A stretch of DNA of 63,891 bases, counting the filler, from NCBI GenBank assembly GCA_964501035.1. It is 3 parts of 3 records of this genome, joined end to end, with 100 filler letters (N's around TTAATTAATTAA, not from the genome) between each part and the next. Parts side by side here need not be neighbours in the genome. Positions count along the whole stretch, not along the records: positions 31,187 to 60,084 come from CAZCRK010000016.1; positions 60,185 to 63,891 come from CAZCRK010000094.1; 1 more part is not named here. One strand, given 5' to 3'. Made by a program: the position numbers and the translations under genes. Below the pieces are notes generated by a model that saw nothing but the letters and a program-made list of their open reading frames with translations, was not told where the DNA came from and ran no database searches. Positions 50,634 through 60,824 of the stretch are shown here, one piece after another. Within the stretch, counting starts at the first letter, position 1. Each line of letters begins with the position of its first letter.

Positions 50634-52049
50634 ATGTCATCGATTAAATCACTCGGAAAACAATCATTAATTTATGGACTGGGGCATGTCGCAGCTCGGT
50701 TAGTAAATTTTTTATTAATTCCACTCTACACAAATACAATTCCCGCACATGATTATGGAATTGTGTCCTTAGTTTTTGTGCTTATTTCATTTGCAAATGT
50801 ATTTTTTATTCATGGCATGGATAGTGCAATGCTCAGATTTTATGGAATGGAAGAAAATGATTCCAAAAAGCAAGCAGTCTTTTCCACTAGTTGGTTATGG
50901 ATTGCAGGAATTTCAATAGTATTTTCGTTCATAATTTATTTTTTCGTTCCATCTATTTCAAAATTTTCAATAGGTATAGAAAATAAACAGCTCATTCTTT
51001 TAGCAGTGGGTATTTTATTTTTTGATGCACTTTCTACATTGCCCAAAATTTTGCTACGGATGCAAAATAAAGCTACCATGTTTGTATCTATTGAATTCAT
51101 TAATGTAGGAATAATTTTAGCCCTAAATGTTTGGTGGATAGGCATCCAAAAATTAGGTATTGAATATATATTTATAAGCAATTTGATTGCTTCTGCAGTA
51201 ATCACAATTCTTCTACTAATTTATAGTTTAAAACACCAAACTTGGAGCTTCAATAAGCAACTAAAATCTGAAATGCTTCTTTTTGCAATTCCCTATCTTC
51301 CAGCAGGACTTGCCAATATGGTAAATGAACTAATTGACCGGTATATTCTAAAGTGGATGTTGGATGAAACAGCAGTGGGAATTTATAGTGCAGGGTATAA
51401 ACTTGGTATATCAATGTTGATTGTTACCATGGCTTTTAAATTTGCATGGCAACCCTTTTTCTTAGGAAAAGCAAAAGAAGAAGACTCATATAAAACATTT
51501 ATGAAAGTGGGTACATGGTTTATAACTATAGCTTTGTTTGTTGTGTTAACAACTACATTATTTATCAAGGAGTTTATTCAGTTTGAAGTTTTTGGGAAAT
51601 CCTTTCTCGGAAGTGAATATTGGCATTCGGTTTCAATTGTTCCTGTAGTTCAAATGGCATATGTATTTTTAGGGATTTTTACAATTCAACTTGCAGGGAT
51701 TTATATCCATAAAAAAACCAAATGGATTCCAATAATTACAGGATTTGCAGCACTTGTAAATATTATTAGCAATATAATTTTAATTCAGCATTTTGGTTGG
51801 AAGGGTGCTGCATGGGCAACACTCGTTGGATATATGTTCATGGCAGTTTTGCAATATTTTATTGTAAAGAGATTTTATCCCCTGTTCTGGGAATGGAAAA
51901 AAATTGCAATAATTTTCACCTGTTTTTGTATAGCAATTTTAATTTGGTATTTTATACTTCTTCATAATATGTTTTTCGGAAAATTAGTACTAGTAGGATT
52001 GTTTGGATTTATATCCTATAATTATGTTTTGAAAGAAAAAGAAGCCTAA
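50634..52049 (+). CDS. Polysaccharide flippase (Wzx family)
   Basis: IYGLG...FLLIPLYT...DYG, IDRY, GIYSA; many TM helices. Confidence 0.88.
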   Translation: MSSIKSLGKQSLIYGLGHVAARLVNFLLIPLYTNTIPAHDYGIVSLVFVLISFANVFFIHGMDSAMLRFYGMEENDSKKQAVFSTSWLWIAGISIVFSFIIYFFVPSISKFSIGIENKQLILLAVGILFFDALSTLPKILLRMQNKATMFVSIEFINVGIILALNVWWIGIQKLGIEYIFISNLIASAVITILLLIYSLKHQTWSFNKQLKSEMLLFAIPYLPAGLANMVNELIDRYILKWMLDETAVGIYSAGYKLGISMLIVTMAFKFAWQPFFLGKAKEEDSYKTFMKVGTWFITIALFVVLTTTLFIKEFIQFEVFGKSFLGSEYWHSVSIVPVVQMAYVFLGIFTIQLAGIYIHKKTKWIPIITGFAALVNIISNIILIQHFGWKGAAWATLVGYMFMAVLQYFIVKRFYPLFWEWKKIAIIFTCFCIAILIWYFILLHNMFFGKLVLVGLFGFISYNYVLKEKEA

Positions 52050-52056
52050 TGTATTA

Positions 52057-53157
52057 ATGAAAATTTGTATTCTTACCCAAAACGTAACCAAAAATGATGA
52101 TAGACTGTACTACAAACTAGGTAAATCACTTGCTGAAATTGGTGAAGTTTATATCATCAACCCAATATTCCCAAATATTGATAATAACCCCAAACATATC
52201 GGTATAGAAAAAAACATAACACACCGACAGGAGAGAATGCAGTGGTATGTTAACCAGTTGAATATTTTGAAACCAGATGTAGTTATTGCTAACCATCCCT
52301 ATTTTCTTTCATTGGCAACATTCTACAAAAAACAAAATAAAACAAAAGTGATTTATGATCCTGCTGAAGATTGGGTGAACATGGTGAAAGAATTATCTTC
52401 TTCTTTTTGGATAAAGAATTGGATAGTTTCTCAATATATAAAATGGACCGAATGGGTAAATTCAAAGGATATCGATTTAGTAATTACAACAGATAATTGG
52501 CTAGAATCTTTCTATTGCAAAAAATTCAAAACATTGCAGTTGTTTAATTATCCCAATCTTTCAATTTTTAATGATTACATTTCAAAACGCAACAACCAAT
52601 CATTAGTCTACCATGGTCAACTAATAAAGGAGAGGGGAATATTTGATTTAATACATGCTATAAGTTTGCTGAAAAATAATTTCCCCAAAATCACCCTAAA
52701 CCTAATTGGTTGGTTTACAAAAAATGAAGAAGAAATTGAAGCAAAACAGTTAACGGAAAAGCTCAATATCACCAAACATGTTAACTTTATAAGCTCGGTG
52801 GAACACACCAAAATTTCCAAAGTAATTTCAAGTAATTCAGTTGGGATTGTTCCTCTACAAAATATTCGAAAATTTCAACACAATATTCCAACCAAAGTCT
52901 TCGAATATGCAGCGTGTGGGATGCATATTGTTTCATCAAATTTACCACCTACACAACAATTAACAAATTCAGAAAAGTGGTGCTCATTTTATGAAGCAGG
53001 AAATATAGATTCCCTTGTAAACGTAATTTCAAATGTTTTAAAAAATTCGACCAATGTTAACTCTGAGGGTAGAAAAATGTTTGAGACTAAATTCAACTGG
53101 GAATCACAAGAGATACTTCTTCTTGAAACAATCAAAAGATTGGTTCAAAATGTCTAA
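52057..53157 (+). CDS. Glycosyltransferase family 4
   Basis: DDRLYYK, YHG....RG, PTKVFEYAACG. Confidence 0.88.
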   Translation: MKICILTQNVTKNDDRLYYKLGKSLAEIGEVYIINPIFPNIDNNPKHIGIEKNITHRQERMQWYVNQLNILKPDVVIANHPYFLSLATFYKKQNKTKVIYDPAEDWVNMVKELSSSFWIKNWIVSQYIKWTEWVNSKDIDLVITTDNWLESFYCKKFKTLQLFNYPNLSIFNDYISKRNNQSLVYHGQLIKERGIFDLIHAISLLKNNFPKITLNLIGWFTKNEEEIEAKQLTEKLNITKHVNFISSVEHTKISKVISSNSVGIVPLQNIRKFQHNIPTKVFEYAACGMHIVSSNLPPTQQLTNSEKWCSFYEAGNIDSLVNVISNVLKNSTNVNSEGRKMFETKFNWESQEILLLETIKRLVQNV

Positions 53158-54262
53158 AACAGTTGGTGTAGTTTTTTTTGGTGATTTCTTTCAAGATGCA
53201 CGATGTATTAATATGGTCGATTCAATTTTAGAAAGTGGAAATAATGCGTGGGTAATAGATGCTCAACCTTCAAAAAATACCAAATATAAAAAAGCAAATT
53301 TGTTTCATATTGATGTTCCTAAAAACAAAAAAGGATTTACTAAGTTTTTTAAGTTTTACAAAAAATCTAAATCAATTATTCAAAACCAATTTGCAGATGT
53401 TTTGATTGCAGGTGATTTATACTCTCTTCCATCAATTGCAAGCCATAAAAAGCATTCAAAACTAATCTATGATTCTCGTGAGATTTACTCTCACCTTGGA
53501 GGGCTTTCCCAAAAACCACTGGCACAGTTATTTTGGTCCCAATTGGAAAAACACTTTATCCAAAAAGCAAATGATGTTATTGTTACAGCCATATCAGATG
53601 GGGAGTACTTACAACATCGACATAATATTTTAAACACAACCACAATTTTTAATTACCCAACCATTCAATTAAAACCGCCAAAACCAGAAAACAATTTGAG
53701 AAATCAGTTTGGTATTTCTGAAGATAAGAAAATACTATTATATCAAGGTAAATTGTTTGAAGGACGAGGCTTGTTTCAAATGATTGAAATTGCCAAACAA
53801 AACAAAAAGTTTGTAATTGTTTTTGTAGGGGATGGAAATTTAAAATCTTCATTGAAGGAATATGCTGAAACTCACAAGGTAAAGGATAGAGTGCATTTCA
53901 CTGGTGCAGTCCCATATCATGCTATGTTTGAGCTCACACAACAAGCGGATATTGGATTTTCTTTGATAGAACCCATTAGCAAAAGTTATGAACATGCGTT
54001 GCCAAATAAAATTTTTGAATATGCGCTTTGCGGTGTTCCAACCATTGCAAGTGATTTACCAGAAATGAAATCAGTAATTGAAAAATATCAACTAGGAAAA
54101 ACAGTTTCTCATAGCAACCTCAATGAGCAAGTGAATGCAGTTATTGAGTTGTTGAACTCAAATAGAAATGATGAGATATCTCAAATTGCTTTGAAACATT
54201 TCACATGGAATTCTCAGCACAAATTATTTGTTAAATTACTCGGATTTGATGAAGTTAGTTAG
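53150..54262 (+). CDS. Glycosyltransferase family 4
   Basis: YDSREIY, LYQG....RG, PNKIFEYALCGVP; start moved to 53150. Confidence 0.88.
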   Translation: MSKTVGVVFFGDFFQDARCINMVDSILESGNNAWVIDAQPSKNTKYKKANLFHIDVPKNKKGFTKFFKFYKKSKSIIQNQFADVLIAGDLYSLPSIASHKKHSKLIYDSREIYSHLGGLSQKPLAQLFWSQLEKHFIQKANDVIVTAISDGEYLQHRHNILNTTTIFNYPTIQLKPPKPENNLRNQFGISEDKKILLYQGKLFEGRGLFQMIEIAKQNKKFVIVFVGDGNLKSSLKEYAETHKVKDRVHFTGAVPYHAMFELTQQADIGFSLIEPISKSYEHALPNKIFEYALCGVPTIASDLPEMKSVIEKYQLGKTVSHSNLNEQVNAVIELLNSNRNDEISQIALKHFTWNSQHKLFVKLLGFDEVS

Positions 54263-55055
54263 TGTCATCATTCCAACGCACGATAGGCCAAAGACCTTAC
54301 GTAGGGCCGTAATGTCAGTACAAAACCAATCTTATCCACACATAGAAATAATTATAGTAAATGATGGTCAGAAAATTATTGATCAACATATTCAAAATTT
54401 AGGTGAATTTCCTATTCATGTTGTGCAGAATAAACACACAAAAGGAGCCTGTGGTGCAAGAAATACAGGGTTAGAAATTGCAACGGGTGGTTATATCTCA
54501 TTTTTAGACGATGATGATGAATATATGCCAAATTGTATTGAAATATTTGTTAATGAAATTGACAAGGAAAATACGTTACTGGTGTATTCAGGGAAAAATA
54601 TTGTGTCAAATCATGGAATGAGTTATTCATTCAATCAAAATAAAATTTTACAACCTAAATGGGCAATATTATTGAATAATTTTATTGGGTCAACCTCATC
54701 TGTTTTAATGAGAAGAAACTGGAAAACTTCTACATTGTGGTTTGATGAATCATTAACGGTATTACAAGACTATGATTTATTTATAAAAATTTGTCAAACT
54801 GGAAAAATAACCAAAATAAATCAACCCTTAATCAATTATTATTCTGGAAATAGTAATCAAATTTCAATGGGAACAAGCAATTATTGGAAATCTGCTAGTA
54901 TGCTTCTTGAGAAAAGACGTTTTGGTTTAGAATGGACATTTCAGTTACTAGGTTTAAGCTATATCTATATAACAAAAATAATTAAATCAAATCAGTTGTT
55001 AGGAAGCCTTTTTAAACCTATCATTAAAATAATAAGAAAAATTCGTCAGAAATAG
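54249..55055 (+). CDS. Glycosyltransferase family 2
   Basis: VSVIIPT, GACGARNTG, FLDDDD, QDYDL; start moved to 54249. Confidence 0.9.
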   Translation: MKLVSVIIPTHDRPKTLRRAVMSVQNQSYPHIEIIIVNDGQKIIDQHIQNLGEFPIHVVQNKHTKGACGARNTGLEIATGGYISFLDDDDEYMPNCIEIFVNEIDKENTLLVYSGKNIVSNHGMSYSFNQNKILQPKWAILLNNFIGSTSSVLMRRNWKTSTLWFDESLTVLQDYDLFIKICQTGKITKINQPLINYYSGNSNQISMGTSNYWKSASMLLEKRRFGLEWTFQLLGLSYIYITKIIKSNQLLGSLFKPIIKIIRKIRQK

Positions 55056-55553
55056 TTACGCTATTTCAAATTCTCCACTATTGGCTTCCTCTTGTGATAT
55101 TTGTTCCCATTCCTCCTCATCATACACTGAAGTTTCTATATTTGGTTCAATGGGAGCGGTAGGTTGATTTGAAGGTTTGGGTAAGGTAAAAGACACGTCT
55201 CCAGTTTGGTGTAAAAATAGCAGAGGAATTATAGATATAAAGGCTGTACCAAGTGATTTTGCAATTCCATCGGAGTGAAAAATAAGTGCACCTTTTGGGA
55301 AAGCAGTTTCTTCAACACCAAACAATAAAAACAGAGTTACGGCTAAGACCAGTCCAGAGAATGAAATGATTAATAAAAAATGGCTCATATCAAAAGAATC
55401 AATATTTACTTTGTAAATTGACCATAGTCCAAGGGTACAAACCAAAAATATCAACCCCATGTTTAAATCATGATCTATGACTGCATTGGTATAAAAACCA
55501 AATCCAATTAGTAAAATAAACCAGCCAATAATTTTATAAAATTCAAATTTCAT
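55056..55553 (-). CDS. Hypothetical membrane protein with acidic tail
   Basis: Four hydrophobic segments; fills the gap between convergent and divergent genes. Confidence 0.65.
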   Translation of the reverse strand: MKFEFYKIIGWFILLIGFGFYTNAVIDHDLNMGLIFLVCTLGLWSIYKVNIDSFDMSHFLLIISFSGLVLAVTLFLLFGVEETAFPKGALIFHSDGIAKSLGTAFISIIPLLFLHQTGDVSFTLPKPSNQPTAPIEPNIETSVYDEEEWEQISQEEANSGEFEIA

Positions 55554-55682
55554 TATATTCTCCAGAAGTTTGGGCTTAATTCCAATGGTCTAATTTCTGA
55601 ATAAATTGTAAATTTTACAAGAAGAATACAAATTATTTACCGTGCTTGGGTAACTTTTGTTTAATTTCGTAAATTTATATAT

Positions 55683-56666
55683 ATGAATGATGATAAACCT
55701 ATATCAATTGGTGTTGTTGGTGTTGGGCATTTAGGCAATTTTCATGTACAGCAGTTAAACGAATTACCAAATGTACAAATTTCTGGCATTTTTGATTTAG
55801 ATTCAACTAGATCCAAAGAAATTGCAAATCAATATAATGTTGGATGTTTTTCTGATGTTGCTGATCTACTCACTATTTCCGATGCGGTTACAATTGTAAC
55901 TCCAACTCCAACGCATTTTAACGTTGCAAATCAAGCCCTCGATGCTGGATGTCATGTGTTTATCGAAAAACCAATTACTGAAACAATTGAGCATGCAGAA
56001 GCCTTGCTCTCTAAATCTGAATTGTTGAGAAAATTAATCCAAGTGGGGCATATTGAACGATTTAATCCCGCTTTTCAAGAGGTTAGCAAAATCAATCAAT
56101 CACCCAAATTTATTGAAGCGCACAGACTTGCGAAATTTCAACCTCGGGGTACAGATGTACCTGTCATGTTGGACCTCATGATTCACGATATAGATTTGAT
56201 CCTTCATTTAGTGCAATCGGATATTTCCGATGTAAGAGCAAAAGGCGTTAAGGTTGTATCTGATTCCGTAGATATGGCAAATGCACGATTAGAATTTCAA
56301 AATGGTTGTGTCGCAAATTTAACTGCTAGTCGAATCTCTCAACAGAATATGCGAAAATTACGACTGTTTCGAGAAGATGAATATACAACCGTAGATTTCA
56401 TGCAAAAAACTGTAGAACACTACACGTTAACAGATGAACCGCCTAAGAACATTCATTCAAACAATATTTTTGAAATAAGTGGGAAACGTCGAAAATTTAT
56501 CATTTATGACAAACCAACAATTGATGATCATAATGCATTGCGTGAAGAATTGGCCCATTTTGCAAATGCTATTCAGAACACAACCAAACCACACGTCGAT
56601 GGGCATTCAGGGCTAAATGCTCTCAAAGTTGCACTTATGATTCAAGATATTATTCAAGCGAATTAA
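55683..56666 (+). CDS. Gfo/Idh/MocA oxidoreductase (GnnA-like UDP-GlcNAc 3-dehydrogenase candidate)
   Basis: GVGHLG, EKP, VGHIERFNPA, DLMIHDID, NLTASRIS; coupled to lpxB. Confidence 0.85.
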   Translation: MNDDKPISIGVVGVGHLGNFHVQQLNELPNVQISGIFDLDSTRSKEIANQYNVGCFSDVADLLTISDAVTIVTPTPTHFNVANQALDAGCHVFIEKPITETIEHAEALLSKSELLRKLIQVGHIERFNPAFQEVSKINQSPKFIEAHRLAKFQPRGTDVPVMLDLMIHDIDLILHLVQSDISDVRAKGVKVVSDSVDMANARLEFQNGCVANLTASRISQQNMRKLRLFREDEYTTVDFMQKTVEHYTLTDEPPKNIHSNNIFEISGKRRKFIIYDKPTIDDHNALREELAHFANAIQNTTKPHVDGHSGLNALKVALMIQDIIQAN

Positions 56667-57796
56667 TGAGTCACACGAACCATTATTTCATTATTGCAGG
56701 TGAGCCATCCGCAGATAATCATGGTGCATCATTAATGAAGGAAATGAAAATACTCAATCCAAACATTCAATTTCATGGAATTGGTGGATCAAAAATGGAA
56801 ATTGAAGGATTAGAATCGTTGGTTCCCATTAAAAAAATGTCTGTAATGGGTTTTGTTGAAGTACTCAAACATTTGCAATTTTTCAAACGGATTGAAAAAG
56901 AAGTTATTCAGTCCATAAAATCTATTCGACCAACTCGTGTCATTCTCATTGATTACCCAGGATTTAATCTGCGGATTGCAAAAAAACTACATAAAACGGG
57001 AATACCGGTAACTTATTTCATTGCACCACAAGTTTGGGCTTGGAAAGAAAAACGACTCGAAATCATCCAAAAATATATTGACCAATTATTAGTGATTTTC
57101 CCTTTTGAAAAAGCATGGTTTAAAAACAAGGGGGTTAACGCACACTTTGTAGGACATCCCATTATGGACGAATGGAATCCCTCTAGTAAAACTGAACTCA
57201 GGTACACTCTGGGACTTGATGCGGATAAGCCACTGTTAACATTATTTCCAGGCAGTCGAATGCAAGAAATCGACAGACATTTACATCTTTTTACCGAAGC
57301 AGGGGAAATCTTAAAAGAACAAATCCCTCAACTACAAATTGCATTGGGGTTGGCACCCGGATTTGATAAAGATATGTTAGTCAATAAATATAATTTAAAT
57401 GGTATTCATATCATTCAAGGAAAATCCCACCAAATCTTAGAGTCAGCAGATTGTGCAATTATTGCATCGGGAACATCAACACTTGAAGGGGCAGTATTTG
57501 GTGTGCCCATGGTTGTTGTATATAAAATGGCTTCGTTATCTTGGGTTGTTTCAAAAAAACTCGTTCGTGTACCATTTGCAGGGATGGTCAATTTGATTGC
57601 AGGAAGAGAAATTGTCCCTGAATGCTTGCAGGATGAAGCCACACCAACCAATATTGCAAATAAAATACTACCTTTTTTCAACGATGTCAGTGTACTAGAA
57701 ACTGCAAAAATGGAACTGCAAAAAGTAAGAGAATCGTTAGGTGGAAGAGGGGCTTCTAAGCGTGCTGCAAAGTTGATACTGGAGGCATCATCTTGA
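56666..57796 (+). CDS. lpxB: Lipid A disaccharide synthase
   Basis: AGEPSAD, IDYPGFN, PQVWAW, FVGHP, PGSR, SGT.TLE. Confidence 0.96.
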   Translation: MSHTNHYFIIAGEPSADNHGASLMKEMKILNPNIQFHGIGGSKMEIEGLESLVPIKKMSVMGFVEVLKHLQFFKRIEKEVIQSIKSIRPTRVILIDYPGFNLRIAKKLHKTGIPVTYFIAPQVWAWKEKRLEIIQKYIDQLLVIFPFEKAWFKNKGVNAHFVGHPIMDEWNPSSKTELRYTLGLDADKPLLTLFPGSRMQEIDRHLHLFTEAGEILKEQIPQLQIALGLAPGFDKDMLVNKYNLNGIHIIQGKSHQILESADCAIIASGTSTLEGAVFGVPMVVVYKMASLSWVVSKKLVRVPFAGMVNLIAGREIVPECLQDEATPTNIANKILPFFNDVSVLETAKMELQKVRESLGGRGASKRAAKLILEASS

Positions 57797-58440
57797 AACA
57801 GGTCAAAATGACTCTACTATCGTATCTTATTCAGTTAACGGTGAATGTGTTATACAAGACATGTAAAATCAGAATTGAAGGTGAACAAAATATGCGTGAT
57901 GCAATAGATTCTGAGCGCCCCATTTTGTTATGCAGTTGGCATGGTCGACTTATGTTTGCAGTGCATTATGTTCGAATACAGAAATTAAAAGTTTGGGCAA
58001 TAGCAAGTACGCATGATGATTCTGAAACGCTGACGAAAGTATTAAAACGGTGGGGGTTTGGACTCATTCGTGGGTCGAGTACACGAGGATGGAAAAATGT
58101 AATAACCAGCATGATTCGAAAATTGAAATCTCCCAAAACCATTATTGCACTGACCAATGATGGTCCAAAAGGGCCTCTACAAATAGCAAAATCTGGGTCG
58201 TTGCAATTGGCACGAAAAGCCAATGCCCATATTATAGCATTTTCAGGAACTGCAAGTCGGTATTTTGAATTGGGGTCATGGGACAAATTTCGTTTACCCA
58301 AACCCTTTAGCACGGTTGTCATCAATATTTCGCCCTCATTTGAGTTTCCACAGAAATCGTTGGACAATGAAAATGACGCACAATTATTAACCGACTTTAT
58401 GAATACACATCAAGAACAAACTGATTCACTTTTTTCATGA
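57793..58440 (+). CDS. DUF374 lysophospholipid acyltransferase family protein
   Basis: WHGR, IRGSSTRG, DGPKGP, SWDKF.LPKPF. Confidence 0.88.
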   Translation: MKQVKMTLLSYLIQLTVNVLYKTCKIRIEGEQNMRDAIDSERPILLCSWHGRLMFAVHYVRIQKLKVWAIASTHDDSETLTKVLKRWGFGLIRGSSTRGWKNVITSMIRKLKSPKTIIALTNDGPKGPLQIAKSGSLQLARKANAHIIAFSGTASRYFELGSWDKFRLPKPFSTVVINISPSFEFPQKSLDNENDAQLLTDFMNTHQEQTDSLFS

Positions 58441-59423
58441 AGTTCTTTCTGCTCCCATTTTCATTGTTGTATGGCGCAATCATGTGGTTTCGTAATATTT
58501 TTTATGATGGTGGATTTTTAAAACAACACTCGTTTGGCGTACCCATTATTTCAGTTGGAAATATTTCAACAGGCGGTACCGGAAAAACACCTATGACAAT
58601 TGCCATCGCAAACCACTATGTTAAATTAGGAAAAAAACCAGCAATTGTAAGTAGAGGGTATGGCAGAAAAGGCAAGGGGTTGTTGGTTGTACATAACGGA
58701 CAGACATTATTGGCTACTCCAGAAACTGGAGGGGATGAACCTGTAATGATGGCACAATCCTTAAACGAAGTTCCTGTAATTGTATGTGAAAACCGTAAAA
58801 TTGGAATTGAAAAAGCAATCGCACAATTTACCCCAGATATTATTATTTTAGATGATGCATTTCAACACAGACAGGTGAAACGAGATATAGATATTGTGCT
58901 CGTAAATACAAGCAAGGCAGATGAATTAAAATATGTCCTTCCTGTGGGTCGATTACGAGAACCTCTAAATGCACTGAAACGAGCAAATGCGATTATTCTA
59001 ACCAAGGGTAATGCTGAGCAAAATAGTAAAACAAAAAAACAGATTCAGGGCATAACCCCCACCCCAATTTATACCACTGAAACCAATGCAGAAATTGGAA
59101 AATATAAAAATGGAAAATGGGTTGCCGAAACCCCAAAAGATACACCCTATGTATTTTGCGGAATTGCAGATCCCGATTCATTTAAATCATTGTTAGAAAA
59201 AGAACATATTTCCACAACGCATTTCCGTGCATTTGCAGACCACCACCATTATACAGAAAGAAATGTTCAAGCATTAACAGAAGAAATTCAAAAATCACAA
59301 TGCTCAACCATACTCACAACAGAAAAAGATATAGTCAAATTACCTCCATCTTTCTTATCTCAATTTAAGGTATATCTTCTTAAATATGGTCTTTCCTGTG
59401 ATTTGAATGAAGTTTTAAGCTAG
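58437..59423 (+). CDS. lpxK: Tetraacyldisaccharide 4'-kinase
   Basis: SVGNISTGGTGKTP, SRGYGR, GDEP, LDDAFQH, TTEKD. Confidence 0.96.
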   Translation: MKFFLLPFSLLYGAIMWFRNIFYDGGFLKQHSFGVPIISVGNISTGGTGKTPMTIAIANHYVKLGKKPAIVSRGYGRKGKGLLVVHNGQTLLATPETGGDEPVMMAQSLNEVPVIVCENRKIGIEKAIAQFTPDIIILDDAFQHRQVKRDIDIVLVNTSKADELKYVLPVGRLREPLNALKRANAIILTKGNAEQNSKTKKQIQGITPTPIYTTETNAEIGKYKNGKWVAETPKDTPYVFCGIADPDSFKSLLEKEHISTTHFRAFADHHHYTERNVQALTEEIQKSQCSTILTTEKDIVKLPPSFLSQFKVYLLKYGLSCDLNEVLS

Positions 59424-59438
59424 CTAAAATCATATGAC

Positions 59439-59510
59439 AACTTGCCATTAATATTCAACCTGCTTGTTGGGCTAAGTATTAATGGTCTAAGTTCAAAAAA
59501 CTGTTAGAAC
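59439..59510 (-). other. Long imperfect hairpin between convergent genes; terminator or degenerate attC
   Basis: AACTTGCCATTAATA / TATTAATGGTCTAAGTT inverted repeat; TTCTAAC box on the minus strand. Confidence 0.5.
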
Positions 59511-59544
59511 AATTTTAACTACAAACTTATTCGATTCTACAAAC

Positions 59545-59982
59545 CTATTTTTCAAAAGCCTTTTGCTTCCAAAAAGTATGGCTACTTGCTAGTAAAGCAA
59601 CAGCAAGGCTGAAATCCAATGTTGCTACACCTATTAAAAAAGGATAATTATAATGTGCTATCCTAGATAGTGTTCCCCCTAATACTATCATCATTACTAA
59701 AAAAATATAAAATCTCGGTTGATAAAATTGCCATACATTTGGTTTTTTCAATAAGTCTATTCGGACAAGATTTTTTTTACAGACCAAATTGAAAATGTAT
59801 TTTGCCTTTATTACTCCAATAAGAATGCCAAGGATAATGGCCAACCAAATCCAAATTTGTTGTGAGTCTATTCTATATGCTTCATATAATAGGGTGCTTC
59901 CCTTTAAGACTAGAAAAATACTCCCAATGTACCAGACAAGTGCAGCAGATATTTTAAGAGAGCGAGTGGATGATGTTAGCAT
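59545..59982 (-). CDS. Hypothetical membrane protein
   Basis: Four hydrophobic segments, KKNL.RI motif. Confidence 0.7.
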   Translation of the reverse strand: MLTSSTRSLKISAALVWYIGSIFLVLKGSTLLYEAYRIDSQQIWIWLAIILGILIGVIKAKYIFNLVCKKNLVRIDLLKKPNVWQFYQPRFYIFLVMMIVLGGTLSRIAHYNYPFLIGVATLDFSLAVALLASSHTFWKQKAFEK

Positions 59983-60084
59983 TATAATATTTATTATCTT
60001 TTATTCTCATGTTTCAATTTTAACCACATATGATGTTTATACTTCAGTTTTAAAAATATTAAGGTTTGATTTATTCAGCAATGA

Positions 60085-60184
60085 NNNNNNNNNNNNNNNN
60101 NNNNNNNNNNNNNNNNNNNNNNNNNNNNTTAATTAATTAANNNNNNNNNNNNNNNNNNNNNNNNNNNNNNNNNNNNNNNNNNNN
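60085..60184. other. Artificial contig linker
   Basis: N run with TTAATTAATTAA at 60129-60140. Confidence 0.98.
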
Positions 60185-60257
60185 TCCAATTGGTTTTCCA
60201 AAATGCATACAGCATTGCTATTACACCTGCACCAATTACTAAGTACATTTCATTCAT
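60185..60257 (-). CDS. hppA: 5' fragment of a probable membrane Na+/H+-translocating pyrophosphatase
   Basis: GAGG RBS, MNEMYLVIGAGVIAMLYAFWKTNW resembles the HppA first TM helix; only 24 codons visible. Confidence 0.5.
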
Positions 60258-60278
60258 ATATTTATTATCCTCTATTAA

Positions 60279-60824
60279 TTAATTAAATTTATTCATCGTT
60301 TCAGATATACTATGGTTAAGAAAATATTCCACGGCCGAAGTAGCATATTCAATACTTGAAGATACATCTTCCTGAAACTGTTTTGAAAAGGGGGAAAGCA
60401 CATATTTTTCAGATGGCCGCATAGGTCCATCCGTTGCTATTCCTAGTTTTAATCGGTTAAAATTTTCTGTTTTTAAATGATAAATTGTCGATTCTACGCC
60501 ACGATGTCCCCCTGTTCCACCATCCGACTTGAATCGAATAGTTCCGAGTGGAATATCAATATCATCATACATTACTAAAATATCCTCTACAGATATTTTA
60601 AAATATCGACATACATCTGCAACAGCTAATCCACTATTATTCATAAATGTAGTGGGTTTAACCAAAAGTAAATCACCATCTTTCACAAAGAGGTAATCCC
60701 CTTTTCCTGCCTTAAATTTCAAAGAACGTTTTTCAGCAATCCGATCAACTATCCAAAAACCAAAATTATGTTTAGTGTTGGAATATTGAGAGCCGGGATT
60801 ACCTAGTCCGAACAGTGCTACCAC
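60279..60824 (-). CDS. pth: Peptidyl-tRNA hydrolase
   Basis: GLGNPG, KHNFGF, KPTTFMNNSG, GGHRG. Confidence 0.96.
   Translation of the reverse strand: MVALFGLGNPGSQYSNTKHNFGFWIVDRIAEKRSLKFKAGKGDYLFVKDGDLLLVKPTTFMNNSGLAVADVCRYFKISVEDILVMYDDIDIPLGTIRFKSDGGTGGHRGVESTIYHLKTENFNRLKLGIATDGPMRPSEKYVLSPFSKQFQEDVSSSIEYATSAVEYFLNHSISETMNKFN

Noticed and set aside
59789..60136. Plus-strand ORF running into Ns
   Set aside because: Antisense to a membrane-protein gene and extends into the artificial linker.
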